Notes under the pieces: generated by a model | What the model saw: only the letters and a program-made list of their open reading frames with translations | Database searches by the model: none | Told to the model about the DNA's origin: nothing | Part shown: one piece after another, positions 36,331-49,185 of the stretch | Numbering within the stretch: the stretch's first letter is position 1 | Layout: each line of letters opens with the position of its first letter | NCBI RefSeq assembly: GCF_963921235.1 | Contig: NC_086108.1 | Location: forward strand, 26,972,001 to 27,036,000 | DNA length: 64,000 bases | Direction: 5' to 3' | DNA from: Mobula hypostoma | Taxonomy: Eukaryota | Made by a program: the position numbers and the translations under genes

Positions 36331-38666
36331 GCTTTGGGTTCTTCATGCACTCTATATTATCCATGTGGTAGGTGGAAAGCAACCACTTTGGTACCACCTG
36401 TACTTGTTTGTTAAGTGGGCCAATATAGGTAATTGTCAGTAAACACAGATGCTCTCTATGCTTAGTTGGTCATTATTGTTGAGAGTTAATGCTTGTTACA
36501 CACCATACTTGTTTAACTGAAAGCAGGCTGTATAATAATTGCAGAAAGGAGCCAGGATGAGATTAACTTCCTGTCTAAATGACTGTCATCCGGTGGCATT
36601 AACATCAACCATCATGAAATGCTTTGAGCAGCTGGTCATGGAGCACATTAAAGCCCTACATTGGACCCTTTCCAAATCACTTATCACTTGAATTGATCCT
36701 CTGATGATACAGTAGCCTCTGCCCTCCACTCTGTCCTGTCCCACCCAGAAAATGGGGTCTCATATGTCAGGTTGCTGTTTATAGACTTCAGTTTGGCATT
36801 TAACACCATCATACCCCAGAAACTGTGGGGAACTGCCCTCTCTGTGTCACAATACTTCCCTCTGTAACTGGATTCCGGACTTGTTAATCGAAAGGCACAG
36901 TCAGTTGGTGTGAGCAGCAACATTTCTAGTCCCATTATGGGTGCTGGTGCTCCCCAGGGCTGTGTGCTCAGCCCATTGCTGTTCACACTGTTGATACCTG
37001 ACTGGGTCGCAGAATTCAGCTCAAACTGTATCATCAAGTTTGTGGGTGCCACAACCGTGGTTGGCCCCATCAACAACAATGAGTCAGAGTACAGAGGAGC
37101 GACTCATGGACTGGTGTGAAAAGAACATCTGAAGTCCGAATGTAGAGATCAAGGAAAACATTGTGGATTTCTGGAAGGCGCAGATAAACCATCCTCCTCT
37201 GCAGAGAGAGTTGTGCACCAAGCTTTTGGGAGTTCACGTCACGGATGACCTCATCTGTTCCCACAATATCACCTCCCTGTACAAGAAGGCACAGCAGTGC
37301 TTCCATTTAATGAACAGATTGGGGCAAGCAAGGCCTCCCCCACATCCATCTTAACTGAATGTTATAGGAGAACCACCAAGAGTGTCCTAACAAGCTTCAT
37401 CTTCATCTGGTATGGGAGCAGCTGAGCAACAAACCGGAAGTCCCTACAAAGGACTGTGAGAATGTCCGAGAGGATCATAGGGTCTCCCTACTATCCTTCA
37501 GGGACATTTATTAGGAGGTTATTTACACAGGGTGCTTAGTCTTATCAAGAGCCCTGCATATCCCACCCATCCACCCAACGTCTTCTTTGACTTTCTACCT
37601 TCAGTCAGGAAGCTCGGATGCATAAAGACAAGAATGGCCAGGATGGAAGAATAGCTTCTACCCTCGGGCCATTAGGCTTTTGAACTCCCTGTCATATTGC
37701 CTTTGAAGGGTCATGGGTTAATCTGTTCTGTACCTTACAATACTTAATTTATACCCTTCACTTTGTTTATTTATGCATAATCCATCTGTAGATTTTATCC
37801 TCACTTTTGTAAGTTATTGTGCGTTATATGTGTGTTATGAGTACTACTGTGTTTTACACCCTGGTTTGGAAAAACATTGTCTCGTTTGACAGTATACACG
37901 TTGTTACGTACCCGGTAACTGGGTTACCAAACCAGCCGAAATGGACCACTTGTTGGAGTCTGGATTACTAGGAACTAATAAGGTTTTATTAAAGAATAAG
38001 TAACACAGTACTCTAATCGTAAGGATAGAAATGCAACAGGTTAGCAATGATGATACACACATGTACACAGAACTAGGGTAATAGGAATCAAACCAAGCTC
38101 TATCGCAGTCTAGGAGCAAAATAATCAGTCTTAAGTGACGCAGAGTTCAGTTCAGCTTAGTACAGTTCGCAGTAATCGTTGTTGATGGGGGGATTGCAGT
38201 TTGATTCAGGCAGACCTTTGATGTCTTCACAGTTGGTTTTTCGGGCGGACCCTTTTATGTCTTCTATCCCGCTATGGTCACCGACTGTGACCCCTCCGTT
38301 CCGGATACGACCGTTCGTCCACAGTGAACCCGGCACCTAAGCAAGGGCGGACACACACACCAGGTTCCCACCGATTGTACGTTTACACCCTGTGAGTCTA
38401 TGGTCCATTCCCGCGAACCGGACCTCCAAACTCCTACCAACTTGTAGGGGACACTCCGCTCTTCCAGGGTCTCGTTATCTCATGATCTCCTGGTGTGTCC
38501 CGTGGCTAGAAAACCTGCTCTTTTTATCCCCCTGCTGGGGTATCGCCTGTCCATCAAACTTCAAACAGTTCAGGTTCAAAGCAACCGGTCTGTCAATATT
38601 CTGACAACACACATCAAAGTTGCTGGTGAACTCAGCAGGTCAGGCAGCATCTGCAGGAAGAGGTGC

Positions 38667-38702
38667 AGTCGACGTTTCAGGCCGAGACCCTTCGTCAGGA
38701 CT
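38667..38702 (-). ncRNA. Minimal type I hammerhead ribozyme, intact core
   Basis: Minus strand AGTC-CTGACGA-AGGGTCTCGGCCT-GAAA-CGTC-GACT: stem I AGTC/GACT, palindromic ACGT stem III, GUC site. Confidence 0.85.
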
Positions 38703-39548
38703 AACTGAAGGAGGAGTGAGTAAGGGATTTGAAAGTTGGAGGGGGAGGGGGAGATCCAAAATGATAGGAGAAGACAGGAGGGGGAGGGATAGAGCCGAGA
38801 GCTGGACAGGTGATAGGCAAAAAGGGATACGAGAGGATCATGGGACAGGAGGTCCGGGAAGAAAGACAAGGGGGGGTGGGACCCAGAGGATGGGCAAGAG
38901 GTATATTCAGAGGGACAGAGGGAGAAAAAGGAGAGTGAGAGAAAGAATGTGTGCATAAAAATAAGTAACAGATGGGGTACGAGGGGGAGGTGGGGCCTTA
39001 GCGGAAGTTAGAGAATATGAGGGGGAGGGAGACCGCTTTGCTGAACACTACGCTCTGTCCGCCAGAGAAAGCAGGATCTCCCAGTGGCCACACATTTTAA
39101 TTCCACATCCCATTCCCATTCTGACATGTCTATCCACGGCCTCCTCTACTGTAAAGATGAAGCCACACTCAGGTTGGAGGAACAACACCTTATATTCCGT
39201 CTGGGTAGCCTCCAACCTGATGGCATGAACATCGACTTCTCTAACTTCCGCTAAGGCCCCACGTCCCCCTCGTACCCCATCTGTTACTTATTTTTATGCA
39301 CACATTCTTTCTCTCACTCTCCTTTTTCTCCCTCTGTCTCTCTGAATATACCTCTTGCCCATCCTCTGGGTCCCCCCCCACTTGTCTTTCTTCCCGGACC
39401 TCCTGTCCCATGATCCTCTCGTATCCCCTTTTGGCTATCACCTGTCCAGCTCTTGGCTCCATCCCTCCCCCTCCTGTCTTCTCCTATCATTTTGTATCTC
39501 CCCCTCCCCCTCCAACTTTCAAATCCCTTACTCACTCTTCCTTCAGTT

Positions 39549-39584
39549 AGTGTTGACGAAGGGTCTCGGCCTGAAACGTCGACT
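39549..39584 (+). ncRNA. Hammerhead motif with mutated core
   Basis: agtg-TTGACGA-agggtctcggcct-GAAACGTC-gact, two substitutions relative to intact copies. Confidence 0.55.
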
Positions 39585-40657
39585 GCACCTCTTCCTACAG
39601 ATGCTGCCTGGCCTGCTGCGTTCACCAGCAACTTTGATGTGTGTTGCTTGAATTTCCAGCATCTGCAGAATTCCTGTTGTTGTCAATATTTTGAATTGTG
39701 TTTCTTTTCCGTTAATCTCTCTCACCTCTCTCATTAGCATTTTGAACGTTTCTCCATTGTCTCTCTTTATCTCATTAGCATCATTAGCATCAATTGTCTG
39801 ATAACTTGGTTTGGCATCACAACATATATAGTTAAATGACAATAAACTTGACTTGGACTCCTAACAAACTGCTATCAAGAAAACACTTAACACCATACAT
39901 ACTGTAATTCCCTGATTTCTGTGATGAAGTAAAGAGAACAACTCACAGATGCCTCTTCGCACTTGCTGTTGTTTTGTGTATAAAACATGAACAAGGAGTA
40001 AAGGATCTAAACACCATCCCCTGATAACCTGACAGTGGGATATAAAGTCTTCCTGAACTGAGTGAAAATAACATAGGGGGTACATGATGTCCTCTCTGAG
40101 AAAACAACAGTGGGCATTGAAAGTGTCTTAAACAAGCCACAGGGAATGGGGTGCATTGCCTTTCACCAAAGCATCACTGAGTCTCCAGAAACTTCCTGCT
40201 TGGACTCTTATGACTCTGAGAGACCACGTCAGAATTTATCAATTCAACAAATTATAATAAGGTATAGCATCTTTATGTTGCAATATTATGATACCATTAG
40301 TGTATGACTGGCTGTATGATCAAGGCCCTTCTTTCATAGAAGAAGCTTTAAAATCAGCTCCAGAAGGGGCATTATTTCATGTATCTAGAGTAGAAAGTAG
40401 TAGCTGATCATTTCTTTAATCCCATATTTTATTCAAACTAAACACAGCAAATACAATTGGCAAATATGTTTGTTAACTTTCCTTGTACCCTCATTGCAAC
40501 ATAATGCTCTTAAAGTAGCCTCCTTAAACAATGCACCTTGAATTGTCTGAAAGCAGGTTATGTAGGGTCAGTTCCTCAGTGTTTAGTTTCAACAGCAGCC
40601 TAGTCTGCGATTCTACCCCACAGAGATTTTGTAATGGCTACAGGGAGCAAAGTACAA

Positions 40658-41995
40658 TGTTCAAAGTAAACTGATCATCAAAGTACATATATGTCACTAT
40701 ATACAGCCTCGAGATTCATTTTCTTATAGGTATACTTAAAAATCTATAGAATAATAACTATAACAGAAACATTGAAAGACTGCCCAAGCAGGGTATTTAA
40801 CCAGAGTGCAGAAGACAACAAAACATACAAAGGCAAAAGAAGAAACAATACTAATAAATAAATAAGCAATAAGTATCGAGAACATGAGATGAAAAGCCCT
40901 TGAAAGTTAATCCATTGTTTGTGGAAACATTCCAATAGTGGGGCAAGTGAAGCTGAGTGAAGTTAACCTCTTCGGTTCAAGAGCCTGATGGTTGAGGGGA
41001 AGTAACTGTTCCTGAACATGGTGCTGTGAGTCCTGAGGCTCTTGTACCTTTCTTCTGTTGGCAGCAGCAAGAAGAGGGGATGTCCAGGATGTTGGGGCTC
41101 CCTGATGATGGATGCTACTTTCCTGGAAAGATTTTTCATATAGATATGCTCAATGGTTGGGTGGGATTTGTCCATAATAGACTAGGCTGTATCCATTACT
41201 TTTCCATCTAATTGGCTCTTCGCTCAACCCTGGAACCCTGGGACACCTGGACAGCAAAGATGCAAAAACCAGGATATTCTTTATTGACTACAGCTCAGTA
41301 TTCAATAGCAATCATTATGCTCCAAGTCCTTGGCTGCAATACCTCCTTGTTCAGTTGGATCCTGGATTTCCTCACTTGCAGACCCTAATCAGTTCAGAAT
41401 GGCAATAACTTCTCCATAATCTCCATCAGCACAGGTGCACTGCAAAGCTGTGTGCTTAGCCCACTGCTCTATTTGTTTATGACTGTGTGGCTAAGAAGAG
41501 CTCCAATGCCATCATAGCAGCATCATAGGCCAAATCAATGGTGTTGATGAATCCGAATGTAGGAAGGAGGTTGAAGGTCTGACAAAGTGGTGTCATAACA
41601 GCAACCTCTCACTCATTGTCAGCAAGACCAAGGAGCTGATTATCGTCTTTAGGAAGATGAAACCAGAATTCCATGAGGCAGTCCTCATCAAAGGATTAGA
41701 CTTGGAGAGGGTTAGCACCTTCAAATTCCTTGTTGTTATCGTGTCAAGAGGACCTGTCCTGGGCCCAGCATGTAAGTGCCATTACGAAGACAGCATGGCC
41801 GTGCATCTACTTCCTTAGGAGTCTGTGGAGATTCGGCATCACATCTAAAACTTTGACAAACTTCTATAGATGCATATAGAATATATACATATCTATAGGA
41901 GAATATATCGTCTGGCTGCATCACAGCCTGGTATGGAAGCAGCGATGCACCAGCAAAGTCCTACAGAAAGTAGTGGAGCATCTTGCAGCATGTAC
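40658..41995. mobile_element. Rex1/Babar-type LINE fragments in inverted arrangement
   Basis: Minus 3' end and UTR at 40658-41210 (IIREPQHPGHPLFLLLP); plus RT fragment at about 41235-41995 (FIDYSSVFN, LQSCVLSPLL). Confidence 0.75.
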
Positions 41996-42857
41996 TCCTG
42001 GACTCTGGAATGAGCCAACTGGAAGTATTCAATCGTGGATACATTGAGCAGCACTGTGGTAGACCTGTGGTCTTGCAACACTAGAGACCTGGTTTGGATT
42101 TTGACTGTTTGGGGTTTATACCAGTTTCTGCCAGGTGTTCCAATCCCTTCCCACGTCCATGATATGCAGATTGATGGATTAATTGGCCTCTGTAAATTTT
42201 GTTTTGTTTGATCGAGAAAAGGAAAATAACCCCATCTTGCATCACAGGTGTTTCAATCACATTGTGCGTTGACTTTAATCATTCTTTGTACCATTAAGAA
42301 AAGTTAACTCTTTCTGCTGAGAGTGTCTTCATTTTTCCTAGTTCAATGCAAACTATTGTTTTAAAAATTAAATATTTTAGTTTTAAATGGGTATTTTTGA
42401 CAGTGACAAATCAACACCTTGAGTTCCACTATGTTTTCTGTTCTTTTCCTTTATTAGCCAGGTCATGACCATGAGTTGAATCATCAGAATATTATGGGGG
42501 ACAGCAAGGAATCCCATGATTTAGAGAAGTTAAGAACATGCCTACTTGCATGAAAGGTATCATTTTCAGTTTAAGTCTTTAGATGCCTGATACTGAGAGT
42601 CACAATCAATTTACAAGGAGAAATGTATTTGGAGTGGGAGTACAGATCACATTTTGACAAAAAAAATCCAAGGTAAATAAATGGTCTTGTGGTTTGTTGC
42701 ATATTCAGGAATAATAACAAATAGAACAGTTAATACTGGAAGTAAACAACCGGTCAGGTTGCAACAGTGGACAAAGTAACAGACTTAACACTTCACCTTG
42801 AAGATCCTTATCATGAATGGGAGAGAGATAAAGCAAGCTCATTAAACTGCGGGGTTA

Positions 42858-43102
42858 ATTTATTTATTCAGCAATACAGCACGGTAACAGGCTCTTCCGG
42901 CCCAATGAGCCCATGCCATCCAAGTACACCTATGTGATCAATTAACCTACTGACCCTGATGCCTTTGGAATATGTGAGGAAACCGGAGCACCCAGAGGAA
43001 AGCTGTGCACTCATGGGGAGAATGTACAAATCCTTACAGACAATGTTGGAAATAACCCAGGTCACTAGTGCTGTACTATTATTATGCTAACCACTGCGCT
43101 AC
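42858..43102 (-). mobile_element. V-SINE-like element
   Basis: tttatttatt tail; ggaaaccggagcacccagaggaaa core. Confidence 0.7.
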
Positions 43103-43759
43103 GTTTGGGGAAAGGAGATTCTTCAGTCTGTGTAAAACCAAGATGATAGAGGGAATAAGTTGTAAATTAGGATATCTAGTTAATAAGTAAATGGTAGCAG
43201 TTAGAGAATAAGAACATAGACAAAATAAGGTAGCAGTTGAGAAATGCAAATTAGGAAAACAATCTTCCATTTCCAGAGAGAAAAAAAAGAAAAAAGGGTA
43301 AAAACAACAAACGGAGCTGAATGTCTGGTAGACACTGAGAAATCAAGTACCTGGAGTTCTAGATTCAGTATTGAGTCCAAAAGGCTGCAACATACCCAGA
43401 TTAATGATGAGGTGCTGTTCTTTATCAGTATAGTACAGGAGCTCTCAGACTAATAGTTGAGTGCACAATGGGATGCTAAAGTGCTAGGCAGCAGGAAGCT
43501 CCAGGTCACCTCTGTAGATAGAATGAAGGTGCTCCACAAAGCTGGCAATTGTGTTTGCTTTGACCAGTGTGACATAGAAACCAACCTTGGAGGAACAAGT
43601 ATAAACATTGATTCAAACCTGTCAAAATCCATGAAGTTTAGATTTGGGATTTTGAAATGAAAGATTAGAAAATGACACAATGCAATGGGACATTTCTTGG
43701 ATATTTCAGAGATAGAACTAATCGAACAAGAAAGTGTTGGGTTCATCTCAACTGCGTCT

Positions 43760-44058
43760 GGGGTGCCACAATAGCGTAGCGGTTAGCACAATGTCATTAA
43801 AGCCCATGGCATCGGAGTTCGGTGTTCAAATTCGACACTATCTTTAAGAGGTTTGTACGTCCTTCCCATAGGCACATAGGTTTCTTCTAGGTGCTCTGGT
43901 TTGTTCCCACATTCCAAACACATTCCAGTTAGTAGATTAATTGCTCATTGTAAATAGTCACATGATTAGGATAAGGTTAAGTTGAAGGTTGTTGTGCAGT
44001 GTGGCTGGTTGGGTCAGAGGGGCTGGTTCCACACTTTGTCTCTAAATAAATAAAAATA
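43760..44058 (+). mobile_element. V-SINE-like element
   Basis: tagcgtagcggttagc A-box; ggtgctctggtt..tcccacattccaa core; (aaat)n tail. Confidence 0.75.
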
Positions 44059-44468
44059 ATACAAATATATCTCCTGCCACCCCACATCAACAATTTGACT
44101 GAAATAACAAAATATCATGTCTCCAGTTTGCTGATAATACATAGATTGTGAATTCAGCAAAGGGAATAAAGTGGCTTTAATGGGACCTGGATATGCCAAA
44201 TGAGTAGATGAGAAAATAGCAGATAGAACATCATAACTAAGTTGTGAGGCCATTCACTTCGTCGGTTATGAAAAAAAGAGTATTAGTATCATGGTGAAAA
44301 GCAGGGTTGTGATGCTGTCCTAGGGACCTAAGTGTTTGTGTTCACAAGTCTACTTTACAGGGACAACAAGTGACCAGGAAGGCAATTTATAGTTTTATTA
44401 TAATAGGATTTCATTTTCAGATGGAGGGGAGCATATTACTGTTATATGGTGCTTAATAAGACCACACC

Positions 44469-44827
44469 TGTCATGAGGTCCGTGAGCTTGTGTGGTGAGC
44501 CACAGAGTGTTGGACTCCAATCTTTCTAGACCATCTGTATTTCTTAATTGTTGTCATAACTAGAGTGTTCAAGCCCTTGTGATTTCTGGTTAATCTTGCA
44601 AAGTTTATGTTGACTGGCATGCGTTTCCCGTGTACTGTGATGGACTCCCAATTAGGACTTATCATGGGGCCCTTGTTTTGAGAACGATTCATCTCACAGT
44701 GTCGCTCATCAAGCCACTGATGTTCTGTTAGGATTCTTATGTAAAAATTCTTGTTTCTATTTCTACATGGGAATCTATCGTTCCTCCTCAGCTGGGGTTC
44801 AGTCGTCTGTCAGTTCACACTGTGACA
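44469..44827 (+). mobile_element. Solo LTR, sushi-like termini
   Basis: TGTCATG...TGTGACA termini with a perfect 5-bp TSD ACACC (44464-44468, 44828-44832). Confidence 0.85.
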
Positions 44828-45861
44828 ACACCCAGGTTGCTGTGTATAATTGGGTGGTCCATCCATTCTGGTTACCTACACTTTTAGGGAGCATGAAATA
44901 GACACTGGTCCACCTGACCTCTTCAGAAACCTGCGGACACTGCAGGAGCTGAAGGGCTTCTTGGACAAGGAGGATGTAATGTTAATTGAAGGTGTTTCTT
45001 CTTACTATTGATTTTAATAGATATTTTTTAAAGTATAATCTCATAACTATTTACAATGAAGGAGTCCTGGCCATAAAGGACAAAACAAAATTGCTTCAGA
45101 GAAAGATTGAGTATAAAAAGAGAGAAAATGTAGACGTTGAAAATCTGCAATAAAAACAGAAGACTCAGCAATTCATGTTATATTTATGGACAGAGAAAGA
45201 AAGTTTCAGGTCAAAGCACTGAAATATTAACAGTTTGACCTGCTAATTTTTTTCTACCATTTTCTGTTTTTATTTCAATAAAAAACAGTTAGATGCGGAC
45301 CAAAGTTCCCAAGAAAAGCAGAAAAAAGAAAGAAATCCATTTTATGCACAGAACTGAGTTTCATCTGCTGTGAACACGCAGGGTATTTACAGCATAGGTT
45401 AAATGCATTTAACAATTCAAGGCAAGGTATAGCATAGATTACAAAAGAAAATGTCTTCTGAGCTGATATATTGGACACCCCAGGACAATAAATGAAATGT
45501 ATGACACAATATAACACACAAGAAAATAAGTATAGGAGTAAGGCACCAAGTCTTTCAAGCCCACCTTACTATTTAATATCACAGCTGATCTATGCTGGCC
45601 TCAACTTCTCTTCTGTGCCAGTTCACTATAACCATCAATTTCTTGACCTTTCACTCCACCTTAAATGCACTTAATAATCTGACCTCCACCACCTTCTGAG
45701 ACAGAGAATTAATGAGATTCACTAACCCCTGAGAGAAGACATTTCTGTATCCTCCAGTTTTAAATAGAAGAGCCCTTATTTTGTAAATTTGTTCTCTTAA
45801 TTCAGGATTATCTTTGTGAAAATATCTCAGCATCTGCCCATCAAGGACCATGAGGATCTTA

Positions 45862-46228
45862 CAATACTGTGCAAAAGTCTTAGATCACATGTAAACAAAT
45901 TCTGTAAGGCAAAGATGCTTTCAAAAATAATGAAATAAAACTTTCTAAATATCAAAAGAATTACTATAGAGAATAATAAACAGTAAAAAACTAAATCAAG
46001 TCAATATTTGGTCTTAAAATACTTTTAAAACTGCATCAGTCCTCTTTGGTACACTGTCATGCAGTTTTATAAGAAAATCAGCTGGTAGATTGTTCCAAGC
46101 ACCTTGGAGAACTTGCTACAGTTCTTCTGCAGAATTTGGTTGTTTTGCTTGGTTCTGTTTCACCAAGTAATCCCAGACAGCCTCGATGATACTGAGATCA
46201 GAGCTTTGTAGATGCCATACCATCTGAA
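45862..46228. mobile_element. Tc1-like DNA transposon end fragment
   Basis: Starts caatactgtgcaaaagtcttag, resembling Tc1-type CAGT..TGCAAAAGT TIRs; no partner TIR found. Confidence 0.5.
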
Positions 46229-46456
46229 ACCATCTAGGGTTATCTTTCTAAACTCCAAGGAATACAACCTTAAGCTGTCTGTCCTCTCTTAATAAAATAA
46301 CCTTTCTATCCTAGGAATTAAATGGTGAATCTCCTTTGGACTGACTCCGTAGCTCCTTTGTGGTATTATGGGAACTTTTGCCTCTTCTTAAAGGCCTTTT
46401 GGATATCTAAATATACTGTATCTACAGGGTTCCCTCTACCAACTTTCCCTGTTTTA

Positions 46457-46960
46457 TAGAAACATAGAAACATAGAAAACCTACCGCACAATACAGGCCC
46501 TTCGGCCCACAAAGTTGTACCGAACATGTCCCTACCTTAGAAATTACTAGGCTTACCTATAGCCCTCTATTTTCCTAAGCTCAATGTACCTATTCAAAAG
46601 TCTCTTAAAAGACCCTATTGTATCCGCCTCCACCACCATTGCCAGCAGCCCATTCCACACACTCACCACTCTCTGAGTGAAAAACTTACCACTAACATCT
46701 CCTCTGTACCTACTCCCCAGCACCTTAAACCTGTGTCCTCTTGTGGCAACCATTTCAGCCCTGGGAAAAAGTCTCTGACAATCCACATGATCAATGCCTC
46801 TCATCATCTTATACACCTCTATCAGGTCACCTCTCATCCTCCGTCACTCAAAGAAGAAAAGTCCGTGTTTACTCAATCTATTATCATAAGGCATGCTCCC
46901 CAATCCAGGCAACATCCTTGTGAATCTGCTCTGCACCCTTTCTATGGCTTCCACATCCCA
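46457..46960 (-). mobile_element. CR1 3' end
   Basis: MRGDLIEVYKMMRGID...TRGHRFKV...FFTQRVVSVWNGL; (catagaaa)n tail. Confidence 0.9.
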
Positions 46961-47052
46961 TCTTCAAAGAATTCAAGCAAATTTGTCAAACATGTTTTAC
47001 CTTTCATAAAACCATGTTCACCAGGTTTGATTACACATATTCAGCATTCCTA

Positions 47053-47312
47053 ATGGTAGCATAGTGGCTAGCTTAGGGCGTTGGAAGTTGCTATTCAGTA
47101 CAGTTGCTCTCTGTAAGAAGTTGGTAGAATGTGTGGGTTTTCCTCTCACAGTCCAAGAAAGCACTGGTTAGTAGGTTAATTGGTCATTGTAAATTGTCCG
47201 TGATTAGGTTACGGTTCATCAAGGGTTGTTGGGAGTTGCTGGGCGTCATGGCTTGAAGGACCAGAAGGGTCTATTCCATACTGTACCTCTAAATAAATAA
47301 ATATAAATAAAT
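47053..47312 (+). mobile_element. V-SINE-like element
   Basis: Same family as 43760-44058; (aaat)n tail. Confidence 0.7.
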
Positions 47313-48893
47313 AAGATTAGTTATTTTCGCTTTGACTATAGACTCTAACATTTTAACCACAACTGTTTAATAACTAATTAACCCCTACTTCTCCACCTAC
47401 CATCTTCTCATCTTCCTCCCACTTGAACACAAAAGTTGTTTTCAAGTTTTCTTGTACCCACCCCCGGAATTCAGCTTGTTTTGAGAATTAATTTAGCAGT
47501 CATTTCTTTGTTTCCTGTTATAATTCACCATTCTAGTTGCTTTCTTCCTATTCATATAGCCATAGAAACTCTTACAGTTTGTTTTGATATTACATGCAAG
47601 TTTTCTCTTAAAATTAATTTTCTATGTTCTTATGAGCTTTTTTAAAATTTTTGCTGAGGTATGCTGAAAGCCTCCTGGTCCCTTGGCCTCCCGCTAACAC
47701 TTTTCACTCTGTATGCCCTACTTTGCAATTTATCTTTGACCTCCTTTGTTAACCTCAGATTGTGCCTCTTTCCGTAATTCTCTATCACAATGTGCTCCAG
47801 GTCATTACAAGCTACTGAGTAAAACAGAGTTTCATGCTTCAATTGCTCTGAATGCATGAACACTGTTAGCAATAGGCAAGGTGATGACCGTTGGGCACGG
47901 TAAATGCTATCATATTGCATCTAATTGCGTCATATTCTGTCCTCGTAAGGGAAAGAAAACAGCAACTTCACAGAGTTCCCATTCAGGTGCAATGCATCAC
48001 TCAGTGAGAACATGCCATCGAACCTCTAACATAACTCATGAGTTCTGTTTATGTATCGTTCCATCATGAGAGGGAGAGCTGGATAGTGTATCTTGTGCCT
48101 GCTCATCAACTCGAAATGCAATGGTGCTTCCGACAGAGGAAAGCAAATCTAATTCATTTCAATCTATTTGCATTAAAAGAATAAGTTAAAATATTTATAT
48201 TTCCCAGGTAGAAAATTTTACTGTTTCATAGACAATGGGATGAATTATTTAATGAAGTATTTATTCCAGATGCATCTCTGCAGTATATTATTTTCTTTCT
48301 TGCCCATGATAATTGATTCTTACTGGGGCTGTTATGATGTGTGCAGTGGAAATTTGTAACTAGAAGGAGAATTTTTTGGAATATCAACAGCTCAACAACC
48401 ATCATCCCAATGTTATCTACCCTAATTATTTCCTTTGACAACTACTTTACATTCTAATACTTTCTAACTCCTGCCATCATACTTTGAGAACTAATGATAG
48501 CATATCAACTAAACTGATTATATAAATACTCAAGCAAAGCACAAATCATTGGAAGAACTCAATGAATCAGACAGCACCTGTGGAGGCAGTGAATGGTCAA
48601 ATTGCAGATCAACATGCTACATCAAGACTTGTGTCTCCTTATAGATTCTTGCCTGCACTAACTTGCACGGATTAAGCATCTGAATAAAACATAAAGATTA
48701 AGATCTATGTTAAATAATACAGCATGTGATACTTGAAAGCCTATCTAATGGAAGAAATGATGCTAAAGAAGAATAACATTTATTGACGGAAGGAGCCGTG
48801 GAGTTCAGATCATATTTGAATGACATTTCCACAAAGCTGCTACTCTTAGTGGACATCACAGGCAGGAATCTTTGTTCAGTCCTTGGAGTACTG

Positions 48894-49185
48894 ATTTATT
48901 TATTTATTTAGTTGCTGGGATGCAGCATGGAATAGGCCTTTCCAGCCCTTCAAACTGCATGACTCAGCAATGCCCAATTTAATTCTAGCCTAGTCATGGG
49001 ACTATTTACAGTACCAGTTAACCTACCAACTGGTATGTCTTTGAATTGTGGGTGAAACCGGAGCACCCAGAGGAAACCCAAGCAGTCACCGGAGAACGCA
49101 TGAAGTCCTTACAGGCAGCAGGGAGAATTGAACCTGGTTCACTGGTACCATAAAGCATTGGGCCAACCACTGTGCTGCTGCCACC
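48894..49185 (-). mobile_element. V-SINE-like element
   Basis: (ttta)n tail; gaaaccggagcacccagaggaaaccca core. Confidence 0.75.

Larger units (their letters stand above)
38605..39680. mobile_element. Young inverted PLE insertion
   Basis: Minus arm 38605 to about 39014, plus arm about 39028-39680 with GIY-YIG C-terminus; 14-bp TSD tgtcaatattYtga (38591-38604, 39681-39694). Confidence 0.92.
37902..39821 (-). mobile_element. Solo LTR, family A copy 2, interrupted by a PLE
   Basis: TGTTACG...CATCACA termini; TSD ACGT/ACAT; colinear with 5575-6407. Confidence 0.85.
36565..39858 (+). mobile_element. Decayed Rex1/Babar-type LINE; solo LTR inserted in its 3' UTR
   Basis: GAPQGCVLSPLLFTL, IIKFVGATTVVG; tail aataaacttgacttg resumes after 39825. 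Confidence 0.8.
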
